From: an uncultured Acidobacteriota bacterium
GTDB taxonomy: Bacteria; Acidobacteriota; Thermoanaerobaculia; Gp7-AA8
Reading direction: 5' to 3'
DNA length: 64,000 bases
Assembly (NCBI GenBank): GCA_963822445.1
Contig: CAWGHO010000003.1
Span: 512,001 to 576,000, forward strand
The notes below the pieces were generated by a model that was given only the letters and a program-made list of their open reading frames with translations, had not been told where the DNA came from and ran no database searches. Shown here in pieces: positions 56,099 to 64,000 of the stretch (its first letter is position 1; each line of letters opens with the position of its first letter). Position numbers and translations under genes: made by a program.

Positions 56099-58075
56099 AT
56101 GATCCGCACCCTTTTCGCGTTGACGCTCGTCGTGTCCCTGGCCGGTTCCGCATCGGCCCAGCAGACCCAGGCGGGTGGGAACGCCCTCGCCAGCGCGACC
56201 AGCCGCTTCCTCCGCGATGCTTCGGCCAGCCACATCAACTGGCGGCCGTGGGGGCAGACAGCAATCGATGCCGCGGCGCGCGCGAATCGCCCGCTCTTCG
56301 TTTCCATCGGCTTTGCGTCGTCCTGGGACGCCTTCCGGCTGCATCGCGAGGCCTTCGCTAACAGCGTAGTGGCCGACACGCTGAACGGCTACTTCGTGCC
56401 GGTGCTGGTCGATTCCATCGAGAATCCCGAGGTGGCTGAGGCGTTCGAGGCCATTCAGCGGGCGGTTGGAGGAACGGTTACCACGCCGGCGAGCTTCGTT
56501 CTCACTCCCGCGCTCGAGCCGGTGGCGGCGATCGGCTTCACCACGCCGGTGGAGTTGCGGACCTGGCTGGCGACCAGTGCGAGCCGCTGGGCGAATGAGC
56601 GCGACGCCTTCGTCGCCGAAGGGCGCAAAAATCTGATCAAGGCCCACAGCTTCGGCGACAAACGGGCGCCGTCGGATTACGACGCGACGACGCTCGACGC
56701 GGTCATGGAGGACATCGCCCGAACGCACGACGCGAAAGTCCTGCAGCCGATGGCCATCTCCTTCGCGCTCCGTTACGCCGAGCGCACGGGCAACAAGGCC
56801 GTTCGGGCCGCGGCGCTCGAGTCGCTGCGGACGTTCGCTCGGACGGCGATGCGCGATCAGATCGGCGGCGGCTTTCATCGGGCGCCGGGAGTCTTCGAGA
56901 AAATCCTCAGCGCTCAGGCCCTCATGGCCATGACCTACCTCGAGGCCTGGCAGCTCACGAAAGAGCCGCAGTTCGAGATGGTCGTGCGCACGACTCTCGA
57001 TTACATCATCCGCGACCAGCAGCGGACCAAAGGCGCATTCGTCGCGGCGCAGGATGCGCACGGTCTCGTGCCCGGACAGGGTCCGGAGTTTCACAACGGC
57101 ACGTTTTACCTCTGGTCGAAGAGCGAGATCGTCAAGCTCCTCGGTCCCGAGGCCGCGGCCAAGGCCTTGCGTGCTTACGGGATCGAGAGCGAGACCGGAA
57201 ATCTGCCGGTCTCTGTCGAGCCGCTCGATGCGGAGATCGCGCAGAAGCTCCTCGATCACCGGCAGAAGCGCCCCGAGCCCTTCCGCGATTTCAATGAGCT
57301 CTCCGGATGGAACGGGCTGATGATCTCCGCGCTGTCGCGCGCGGGGGCGGCGTTCGGCGACCGCAAGTACATCGACGCGGCGCTGCTCGCCACGCGCTCG
57401 ATCACCACCAAATTGTGGGACGAGAAAAAGAAGACGCTCTACCGAAGCGACGCCGCGACGGTGCCGGTGATCCCCGCCCTGTCGGACGATTACGCGATGC
57501 TCATTCAGGGGCTGCTCGATCTGTTCGATGCGACGTCGGACGTGAAATGGCTCGAGCTCGCGAAGACCCTTCAGGCGCGGCAGGATCAGTTGTTCTGGGA
57601 TGCGAGTGCAGGGCGCTACACGACCGGCACCGCGCTTCCGGAAGTCCTGCGCGGCTTGCTCGTGGAGAGCGACGCCACGGTGCCGTCCGTGAACGCGCTG
57701 GCCGCATCGAATCAGTTGCGTCTGGCCATGCTCACCGGAAGCAGCAGCGCCCGCGTCCCGATGATCGTCAGCTCGTTCGCCGGCCGGCTCAGACGATCGG
57801 GAGCGGAGCTGCCGCAGCTCGCATCCTCGCTGGCGATGACGTTTGAAACACCGAAGATCGAGGTCGTCGTGGCCGGCAAGAAGACCGAGACGCTGGAGCT
57901 CCTTCGCTCGATTTACGCGCGTTGGGAGCCGATGCGTACGGTGATCCTGCTCCAGCGCAAAGGCGCGGAGCGCGATCGCATCACGCGTGTCTTGCCCTTT
58001 ACCGCGGCGCTTGCGCCGGAGCCCGAGCTGCCCGTCGCGTACGTGTGCGAAAAAGGGGAGTGCCGGAGACAGTAA
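56099..58075 (+). CDS. Exported YyaL/SSP411-like (DUF255 thioredoxin-like + alpha/alpha barrel) protein
   Basis: Signal peptide; INWRPWG..A...A...NRPLFVSIG, DQIGGGFHR, FEKIL, WNGLMISAL, DDYA.LIQGLLDL, AYVCEKGEC. Confidence 0.85.
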   Translation: MIRTLFALTLVVSLAGSASAQQTQAGGNALASATSRFLRDASASHINWRPWGQTAIDAAARANRPLFVSIGFASSWDAFRLHREAFANSVVADTLNGYFVPVLVDSIENPEVAEAFEAIQRAVGGTVTTPASFVLTPALEPVAAIGFTTPVELRTWLATSASRWANERDAFVAEGRKNLIKAHSFGDKRAPSDYDATTLDAVMEDIARTHDAKVLQPMAISFALRYAERTGNKAVRAAALESLRTFARTAMRDQIGGGFHRAPGVFEKILSAQALMAMTYLEAWQLTKEPQFEMVVRTTLDYIIRDQQRTKGAFVAAQDAHGLVPGQGPEFHNGTFYLWSKSEIVKLLGPEAAAKALRAYGIESETGNLPVSVEPLDAEIAQKLLDHRQKRPEPFRDFNELSGWNGLMISALSRAGAAFGDRKYIDAALLATRSITTKLWDEKKKTLYRSDAATVPVIPALSDDYAMLIQGLLDLFDATSDVKWLELAKTLQARQDQLFWDASAGRYTTGTALPEVLRGLLVESDATVPSVNALAASNQLRLAMLTGSSSARVPMIVSSFAGRLRRSGAELPQLASSLAMTFETPKIEVVVAGKKTETLELLRSIYARWEPMRTVILLQRKGAERDRITRVLPFTAALAPEPELPVAYVCEKGECRRQ

Positions 58076-58084
58076 GATCTCCCC

Positions 58085-58795
58085 ATGCGTCCCGCCAACA
58101 CCGTCATCGCTGTCGTCGATGACGAAGACAACATCCGCGACACTGTCGGTTTCGCGCTGCGGCGCGAGGGATATCCCGTCGAGCTGTACGCAACTGGGCT
58201 CGAGGCGTGGCGCGCGTTTCAGCAGAAGCTTCCCGGCCTGGTCATCCTCGACATCACCATGCCGGAGATGGATGGTCTCGAGCTTTGCCGCAAAGTGCGC
58301 GCGGCTTCGGAGACCACGCCGATCATCTTCCTCACCTCCCGCGACGAAGAGCTCGACCGAGTCCTCGGCCTGGAGATCGGCGCCGACGACTATCTCTGCA
58401 AGCCTTTCTCGATGCGCGAGCTTCTCGCGCGGGTGAAAGTGCTCTTCCGCCGCGCGGCGATCGATCAGAACGCCGCCCCGCGACCGGCCGCCGACGCGCC
58501 GTTGCGTCACGGCGATCTCGAGCTCGACCTGCAGCGCTACAGCGTCCGCTGGAAGGGCGTGCCGGTCAGCCTGACCGTCACCGAGTTCATGATGCTGCAC
58601 GCGCTCGTGCGCTATCCCGGCCACGTGAAGACGCGAAAGCAACTGCACCAGGACGGCTATCCGCACGACGCCTACGTCAGCGACCGCACCATCGACAGCC
58701 ACATCAAGCGCGTCCGGCGGAAGTTCGAGGAAGCCGATCCGACGTTCGATCGCGTCGAGACGGTGTACGGGCTCGGGTATCGCTGGAAAGAATGA
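58085..58795 (+). CDS. OmpR-family response regulator, ChvI-like
   Basis: VVDDE, LDITMP, DDYLCKPFS; LTVTEF..HALVRYPGHVKTR, DRTIDSHIKR.RRKF..D..FD.VETVYGLGYR. Confidence 0.92.
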   Translation: MRPANTVIAVVDDEDNIRDTVGFALRREGYPVELYATGLEAWRAFQQKLPGLVILDITMPEMDGLELCRKVRAASETTPIIFLTSRDEELDRVLGLEIGADDYLCKPFSMRELLARVKVLFRRAAIDQNAAPRPAADAPLRHGDLELDLQRYSVRWKGVPVSLTVTEFMMLHALVRYPGHVKTRKQLHQDGYPHDAYVSDRTIDSHIKRVRRKFEEADPTFDRVETVYGLGYRWKE

Positions 58796-60333
58796 AACGC
58801 TTCGTTCGCGTTCTCAGCCGCCTTCCCTTCCGGCTCCTCGCGTTCAACCTCCTCCTCGTCTTCCTCCCGATCGCCGGCGTGCTTTTTCTCGGTGAATACG
58901 AAGAGCGCCTCGAGACCGCGGAGATTCGCGATCTCACCCATCAATCGCGATTGATCGCCGCGGCCATCGCTCGCGGCGGAACGCTGGATGCCGATGCGTT
59001 CGAGGATGTCATCCGCCGCGCGAAGATCGACGACGTGCGGATGCGCCTCATCGATTCGACAGGCCGCGTCGTCGCCGACTCGCACCAGATCGTCACGCCG
59101 GCCGTGCAGAAGCCGCCGCGGACCGATCGCCAGAACATCCTCTACCGCATCGGCGCGTTCATCCTCAGGCCGGTCGTGCGCTGGTTGCGGCCGCCCGAGG
59201 AACCGCTGGAGGTCGATTTTTACGCGAATGCGCAGCGCTTGACCGGAAGCGAGATCGCGGCGGTCCTGCGCGGAGTCGAGGTTTTCGACAAGCGGATCAC
59301 CGCGCAACGGCAGCCGTCGGTGACGCATTACCGGATGGTTCCCGTCGTCGTCGCGGGATGGACCGTCGGCGCGGTCGTGGCCTCGAAGAGCACGTACACC
59401 ATCCTCCAGGATCTCTACGTCATCCGCCTTCGGGTCATGCGCATCTTCCTGGCCTCGGTCGCCGTCGGCATCCTGGTCAGCATCCTCTTCACGGCGACGA
59501 TCGTCCGCCCGATCCGCCAGCTGCGCGTCGATGCCCGGGCCGTGCTCGATCGCCGGAACCGTTTGCGCGGGCACTTCAAGGGATCGAAGCGCGTCGACGA
59601 GATCGGGGAGCTGTCCCGCGCGCTCGAGCGGATCATGCGCCGCCTCGACGCGCACGTGGCCTTCATCGAGCGATTCGCGGCGGACGTCGTGCATGAGCTC
59701 AAGAATCCGCTGGCCTCGATCCGCAATGCGAACGAGATGATCGCCGACGTCGCCGATCCGAACGACCGCCGCCGCTTCGTGCGCGTCATCGAGCAGGAAG
59801 TGGCGAGGATGGAGCGGCTGCTGTCCGGCGTGCGGGAGATCTCGATCATCGACGCGCGGCTCATTCGCGAGGAGATGGCGCCGGTCGACGTCGCGGCTCT
59901 GCTGACGATGCTCGTCGATGGCTTTCACGTCCGTGAGGGCGACCGGGTGAACTTCGATCTCGAGATCGGCGCCGGGCCGATGACGGTGACGGCGTCAGCA
60001 GATCGGCTCACACAGGTCTTCGAGAACATCCTCGACAACGCGGCCAGCTTCTCGCCGAGCGGCAGCACGGTCTTGGTGAGCGCGCAGGCGGAGAACGGTG
60101 CGGTGGTGATCCGCGTCGCCGATCAGGGTCCCGGCATCGCCGAGGCCGACCTCGGGCGGATCTTTGATCGCTTCTTCACCCATCGACCCGAAGGAGCGCG
60201 GGTTGCGGCGGGTCACACCGGTTTGGGGCTGGCGATCGTGCAGGCCATCGTCGAGGCGTATGGCGGCAGCGTCACTGCGGCGAACGGGGAGAGAGGGGCG
60301 GTATTCACAGTGCGCCTGCCTCGCCTTCCGTAA
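58792..60333 (+). CDS. HAMP sensor histidine kinase, ChvG-like
   Basis: ATGA coupling; two TMs; DEIGELSRAL, IERFAADVVHELKNPLASIR, ENILDNAASFSP, DQGPGI, GLGLAIV. Confidence 0.92.
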   Translation: MKRFVRVLSRLPFRLLAFNLLLVFLPIAGVLFLGEYEERLETAEIRDLTHQSRLIAAAIARGGTLDADAFEDVIRRAKIDDVRMRLIDSTGRVVADSHQIVTPAVQKPPRTDRQNILYRIGAFILRPVVRWLRPPEEPLEVDFYANAQRLTGSEIAAVLRGVEVFDKRITAQRQPSVTHYRMVPVVVAGWTVGAVVASKSTYTILQDLYVIRLRVMRIFLASVAVGILVSILFTATIVRPIRQLRVDARAVLDRRNRLRGHFKGSKRVDEIGELSRALERIMRRLDAHVAFIERFAADVVHELKNPLASIRNANEMIADVADPNDRRRFVRVIEQEVARMERLLSGVREISIIDARLIREEMAPVDVAALLTMLVDGFHVREGDRVNFDLEIGAGPMTVTASADRLTQVFENILDNAASFSPSGSTVLVSAQAENGAVVIRVADQGPGIAEADLGRIFDRFFTHRPEGARVAAGHTGLGLAIVQAIVEAYGGSVTAANGERGAVFTVRLPRLP

Positions 60334-60406
60334 TTCTTACAGCGCATGCCGACTGCCTCCTACTTCGACGCGAATGCCACAATGCAGCGCGCCGGTTTGC
60401 GGGCGT

Positions 60407-60463
60407 GTAACCGGTTACCTGTAACCGAGTTTTCGTTGCCAACAGACGGAGAGCAGGTAATAT
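60407..60463 (+). promoter_or_regulatory. Sigma70-like promoter with upstream GTAACC repeat cluster
   Basis: TTGCCA 60436-41, 16 nt, TAATAT 60458-63; palindrome GTAACCGGTTAC 60407-18 plus a third GTAACC at 60421-26. Confidence 0.55.
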
Positions 60464-60688
60464 GGTGCGGCCGAGGCGTGCACGATTTCGTGCATTGCCG
60501 GAGCCCCCAAAAGGTCCGGTAGCTCAGAACGACAAGCAACGAACGTGTGCCCGAGAAATCGCGGCCTGTCTGCGGTCTATCCAGCAGTGGTGGACGGCCT
60601 TAGGCAGGTACGGAAAGATAGACTTCGACCGGTGAAGGAAGTAAACTGCACCCGAGTCCGGTCAAAAATCCAGTAATTAGGAGAACGT

Positions 60689-60973
60689 GTGAGTCCTGCA
60701 AAGAGTCAACGCGGTCGTCCCATTGTCCACACTGAGCCCTGGGCGAAGATCACGGTCGTACTGCTCGACCGTCATGTCGCCTACCTCGATCGTCTTGCCA
60801 TCGACATCCGTTTGAAGCATGGCAAGGCCATCAGCCGTGCCGAGATCATCCGCGGGTTGATCGAGGCGTCGTTCCAGAGCGGTACCGACCTTTCGCAGGC
60901 AGACTCGATCGATGGGATCGTCGAGCTCCTGACCGGGTCGCCGTCGACGTCGCGGAAAAAAGCCTCTCGCTAG
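60689..60973 (+). CDS. Ribbon-helix-helix-like DNA-binding protein (94 aa)
   Basis: RBS AGGAG; RGRP, strand KITVVL, helix HVAYLDRLA, helix SRAEIIRGLI. Confidence 0.7.
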   Translation: MSPAKSQRGRPIVHTEPWAKITVVLLDRHVAYLDRLAIDIRLKHGKAISRAEIIRGLIEASFQSGTDLSQADSIDGIVELLTGSPSTSRKKASR

Positions 60974-61253
60974 GCCGCGGTGCTCGCCGCCGGGATTGGC
61001 GCCCGCGAAGCGGCTCTGCCGCCAGTAGGGCGATTTCTTCTTCACTGCATGCGTCGGTGAGGTCGATACCACTCTCTTCAACGCGGTCGATCAGCGTGCG
61101 GATCAGATGCGGCAGGCCGAACGATTCCGGCATGTCGGGATTCATCTCCCGGGCAATCTGCCCGAGATAGTCGAGGTGCCTGTCGGAGAGCACGAGCGTC
61201 TCGAGCTCGTTCCCTCCGGCAGGTCGCTCTTGAGTCGGTGGCATGGCGTGCAT
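60846..61253 (-). CDS. Small protein paralogous to the 60689 RHH-like protein, with a basic tail overlapping it
   Basis: TLVLSDRHLDYL..A...LIRTLID....SGIDLTDACS.E.I aligns with TVVLLDRHVAYL..A...IIRGLIE....SGTDLSQADS.D.I. Confidence 0.65.
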   Translation of the reverse strand: MHAMPPTQERPAGGNELETLVLSDRHLDYLGQIAREMNPDMPESFGLPHLIRTLIDRVEESGIDLTDACSEEEIALLAAEPLRGRQSRRRAPRPSERLFSATSTATRSGARRSHRSSLPAKGRYRSGTTPRSTRG

Positions 61254-61361
61254 TCAGACAGCTCCGACTTAGGTGTGACTGGGGCGAACCTTTCCCTACC
61301 CTGAATTTCGAAAAATTCACCGGGCGGGCCGGTTGGCACTCCCGGTGAACCGTCCCCACCA

Positions 61362-62789
61362 GTGAAGTCTTACGATGCGGTCATCGTCGGGGCGGGGCCG
61401 AACGGCCTCGCCGCGGCCATCGTTCTTGCCCGGGCCGGCCTCTCCGTCCTGATCCTGGAGGCCAGAGAGACCATCGGCGGCGGCGCGCGCACCGAGGAGG
61501 TCACCCTTCCCGGGTTCCGCCACGACATCTGCTCGGCCATCCATCCGATGAGCGTCGTCTCGCCGTTCCTGCGAGCGCTGCCCCTGGCCGAACATGGTCT
61601 GGAGTGGGCTTGGTCGCCGGCCGCGATCGCCCATCCGCTCGACGACGGTTCCGCGGCCACCCTCGAGCTCGACCTCGACGCCACCGCATCCCGCCTCGGC
61701 GAGGACGAGCAGGCCTATCGCGCGCTGATGAAGCCCTTCGCGAAAATGGCCGGGAAGGGCTTCGACGACATCCTCCGGCCGATCCTGGTCTGGCCGCCGC
61801 CCCGCCACCCCGTCGTCCTGGCCCGCTTCGGCCTCCTCGGCCTCCGCTCGGCGATGAATCTGGCCAGCCGATTCAAGACTCCGCACGCACGCGCCCTCAT
61901 CGGCGGATCCGCAGCGCACTCGTTCATCCCGCTCGAGCGAACGGGCTCGGCGTCGTTCGGACTCGCGCTGATCCTCGCCGGTCACGCCACGGGCTGGCCG
62001 GCGGCGAAAGGCGGGTCGATCGCCATCATCAACGCCATGGCTTCATACCTCCGTTCGATGGGCGTCGAGTTTCAGACGGGACGTCCCGTTCGTACGCTGT
62101 CAGACATCCCGCAATCGCGCGCGGTGATCTTCGACGTCGGCCCGTGGCAGCTCGCCGACATCGCCGGCGATCAATTGCCAGCCGGTTACGTGAAGAAGCT
62201 ACGGCGTTTCCGCTACGGTCCGGGGGTCTTCAAGATCGACTGGGCGCTCGACGGTCCGATTCCCTGGCGTGCCGAGGCTTGTCTGCAATCGGCGACGGTC
62301 CACGTCGGCGGCACGATCGAGGAGATCGCGCAGCACGAGCACTCTGTCTTCAACGGCCGGATGACCGACAAGCCGTTCGTGCTCGTCGCGCAGCAGAGCA
62401 TGTTCGACGCGACGCGCGCGCCCGCCGGGAAACACACCGGCTGGGCCTACTGCCACGTGCCGCACGGGTCGACGGACGATCAGACCGAGCGCATCGAGCG
62501 GCAGATCGAGCGGTTCGCTCCCGGCTTTCGCGATCGAATCCTCGCGCGCCGGACCATCAACACCGCGCAGTACCAGGCCCACGATCCGAATTTCATCGGC
62601 GGCGACATCGCCGGCGGCGCGAACACGATGATGCAGTTCCTCACCCGGCCCTTCCCGAAACTCGATCCCTACGCGACGCCGAACGAGCGCCTGTTCATCG
62701 GATCGAGCTCCACCCCGCCGGGCGGGGGAGTGCATGGAATGTGCGGCTACTGGGCAGCGCAGAGCGCGTTACGACGCCTGTTCCGCTAA
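61362..62789 (+). CDS. Phytoene dehydrogenase-like FAD-dependent oxidoreductase
   Basis: DAVIVGAGPNGL.AA, IGGGART, HDICSAIHP, SSSTPPGGGVHGMCG. Confidence 0.9.
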   Translation: MKSYDAVIVGAGPNGLAAAIVLARAGLSVLILEARETIGGGARTEEVTLPGFRHDICSAIHPMSVVSPFLRALPLAEHGLEWAWSPAAIAHPLDDGSAATLELDLDATASRLGEDEQAYRALMKPFAKMAGKGFDDILRPILVWPPPRHPVVLARFGLLGLRSAMNLASRFKTPHARALIGGSAAHSFIPLERTGSASFGLALILAGHATGWPAAKGGSIAIINAMASYLRSMGVEFQTGRPVRTLSDIPQSRAVIFDVGPWQLADIAGDQLPAGYVKKLRRFRYGPGVFKIDWALDGPIPWRAEACLQSATVHVGGTIEEIAQHEHSVFNGRMTDKPFVLVAQQSMFDATRAPAGKHTGWAYCHVPHGSTDDQTERIERQIERFAPGFRDRILARRTINTAQYQAHDPNFIGGDIAGGANTMMQFLTRPFPKLDPYATPNERLFIGSSSTPPGGGVHGMCGYWAAQSALRRLFR

Positions 62790-64000
62790 ATCCTCGCGCT
62801 TCCGATCCTGCACTATCGTCTTCACCCGCGCTTCGATCGGCTTCGCGTCCTCGTCGCTGAGCTTCTCCGCCTCCTCGTGCACGCCGTCCGATGTGCCGCC
62901 GCTGAAGTCGATGACGCGTTGCACGACCGCTCGCCAGTTCGACGATTGTGCGGGTCCGCCGATCGTGCGGGTGGCGATGAGATCGAAGAAGTTCGACGCT
63001 CGCGAGTACACGTCGATCGCGAACTGCACCGCGCCGTCGGTGTCTTTCGTCGTGAACTCGACGATGCCCGCGAGTGGATGTCCTTCGATCGTCGCGAAGA
63101 CGACGCGATTCGGCTCGGCTACCTCGACGCGCACCTGAAAGTTGCCGCGCAGCGGAAGGCGTCCCGTCAACGTGACGCCTTTCTCGATCTTCTCCGGCGC
63201 ACCCGGCTCCGCCGCGAGCTCGAGCGGCATGAAGTCGTTCACCCGCTCGCGAAACTGCATCATCAGCGCGGGTGCGGGGTAGCGCGATCCGCGGATGTCC
63301 GCCGTGAACCGCTTGTGCTCGAGCGACCCGACGCCATCCTCGGGTAGCACTTCCTGCAGCGAGTCTGCGAGCGCGCGCAGACCCTCATCGAGCGGCGTGG
63401 TGTGGATGCCGAGGATCTCGATCGCGATCTTGCCGCGGACGATGTTCTTCTCTTTCAACATCGTCAGCATGTTCGGATCGACCGCTAGCTGGGCGAGCGC
63501 GGACGGAACAGGAACGCGAACCGGAGAGCGGCCGGTGATCTCGGCAAAGCGCCGGAGGAGATCGTTCATGGTGGTGATCTCCGAGCCCGCCGCGTCGAGC
63601 GTCTCCGCTTTCAGATCGCTCCGCTCGACGGTCGAGGCCAGGATTTTCGCCAGATCCTCGTGCCAGATCGGCTGAAACTCCTGATCGCCGCTGTCGATGA
63701 CCGGGACCGCCGGAAGGGCGCGCACCATTTTCAGGATGAGCGAGATCACTTCGTCGCCGGGGCCATACACGTTTCCGGCGCGAACGATGGTCCAGTCGAG
63801 CTCCGATTGCCGGACGAGATCTTCCGCGGCGCGCTTCGACTGATGATACTCGGAAGCGCCGCGATCCGCGCCGAGGGAGGACACGAAGACGAAGCGGCGC
63901 GCGTTCGCGCGTTGCGCTTCTTCGATGATGTTCCGTGTCCCGTTCACATTCACCGACTCGAACGTCGCCTCCGGCGGTTCTTCCGCCGCGATCCCTGCGA
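62769..64000 (-). CDS. Atypical SDR/NAD-dependent epimerase (NDUFA9-like) with extra C-terminal domain, 5' end outside window
   Basis: Frame open to right edge (AGIAAEEPPEATFESVNVNGT); FVFVSSLGA, YHQSK, VYGPGD, FQPIW.EDLA; C-terminal FATIEGHPLAG.VEF. Confidence 0.85.
   Translation of the reverse strand, partial: AGIAAEEPPEATFESVNVNGTRNIIEEAQRANARRFVFVSSLGADRGASEYHQSKRAAEDLVRQSELDWTIVRAGNVYGPGDEVISLILKMVRALPAVPVIDSGDQEFQPIWHEDLAKILASTVERSDLKAETLDAAGSEITTMNDLLRRFAEITGRSPVRVPVPSALAQLAVDPNMLTMLKEKNIVRGKIAIEILGIHTTPLDEGLRALADSLQEVLPEDGVGSLEHKRFTADIRGSRYPAPALMMQFRERVNDFMPLELAAEPGAPEKIEKGVTLTGRLPLRGNFQVRVEVAEPNRVVFATIEGHPLAGIVEFTTKDTDGAVQFAIDVYSRASNFFDLIATRTIGGPAQSSNWRAVVQRVIDFSGGTSDGVHEEAEKLSDEDAKPIEARVKTIVQDRKREDLAEQAS

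Noticed and set aside
61302-61349. Near-palindrome TGAATTTCGAAAAATTCA and hairpin TTCACCGGG/CCCGGTGAA between divergent genes
   Set aside because: Possibly regulatory, but single-copy, without U-tract, and too short to support a call.

Overview
High-GC bacterial window; gene content and motifs suggest Acidobacteriota, possibly Thermoanaerobaculia (inference). No rRNA, tRNA, CRISPR array, transposase or prophage structural genes were seen. Left to right: (1) a TPR-CHAT protease running off the left end, its uncharacterised upstream partner, a divergent S8 peptidase and a scrambled XRE-HTH relic; (2) a GAF-PAS-PAS-GGDEF-EAL gene and a DUF5666-type lipoprotein; (3) a ~24 kb surface locus in which a [giant Ig-repeat/beta-helix protein ending in CPQP + three phage tail-collar proteins in fixed A-B-C order] module occurs twice, followed by a Tat protein, a GNAT and a DUF6916-type protein; (4) KirBac and a DUF1549/1553-DUF1501 pair; (5) a ~15 kb same-strand redox locus: FHA protein, FAD/NAD(P)-2xcNMP-4x[4Fe-4S] protein, 4-His membrane protein, FHA-decaheme-FHA protein, tandem HbpS/GlcG protein, outer-membrane barrel, decaheme-LVIVD protein and pentaheme c554-like protein; (6) antiporter, M48 peptidase, HD protein, YyaL-like protein, ChvI/ChvG-like pair, two convergent overlapping RHH-like paralogues, a phytoene-dehydrogenase-like enzyme and a partial SDR. 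Four long genes contain single-base indels that look like sequencing errors. The two best candidates for undescribed systems are loci (3) and (5). All family assignments come from motif recognition by eye, not database searches.
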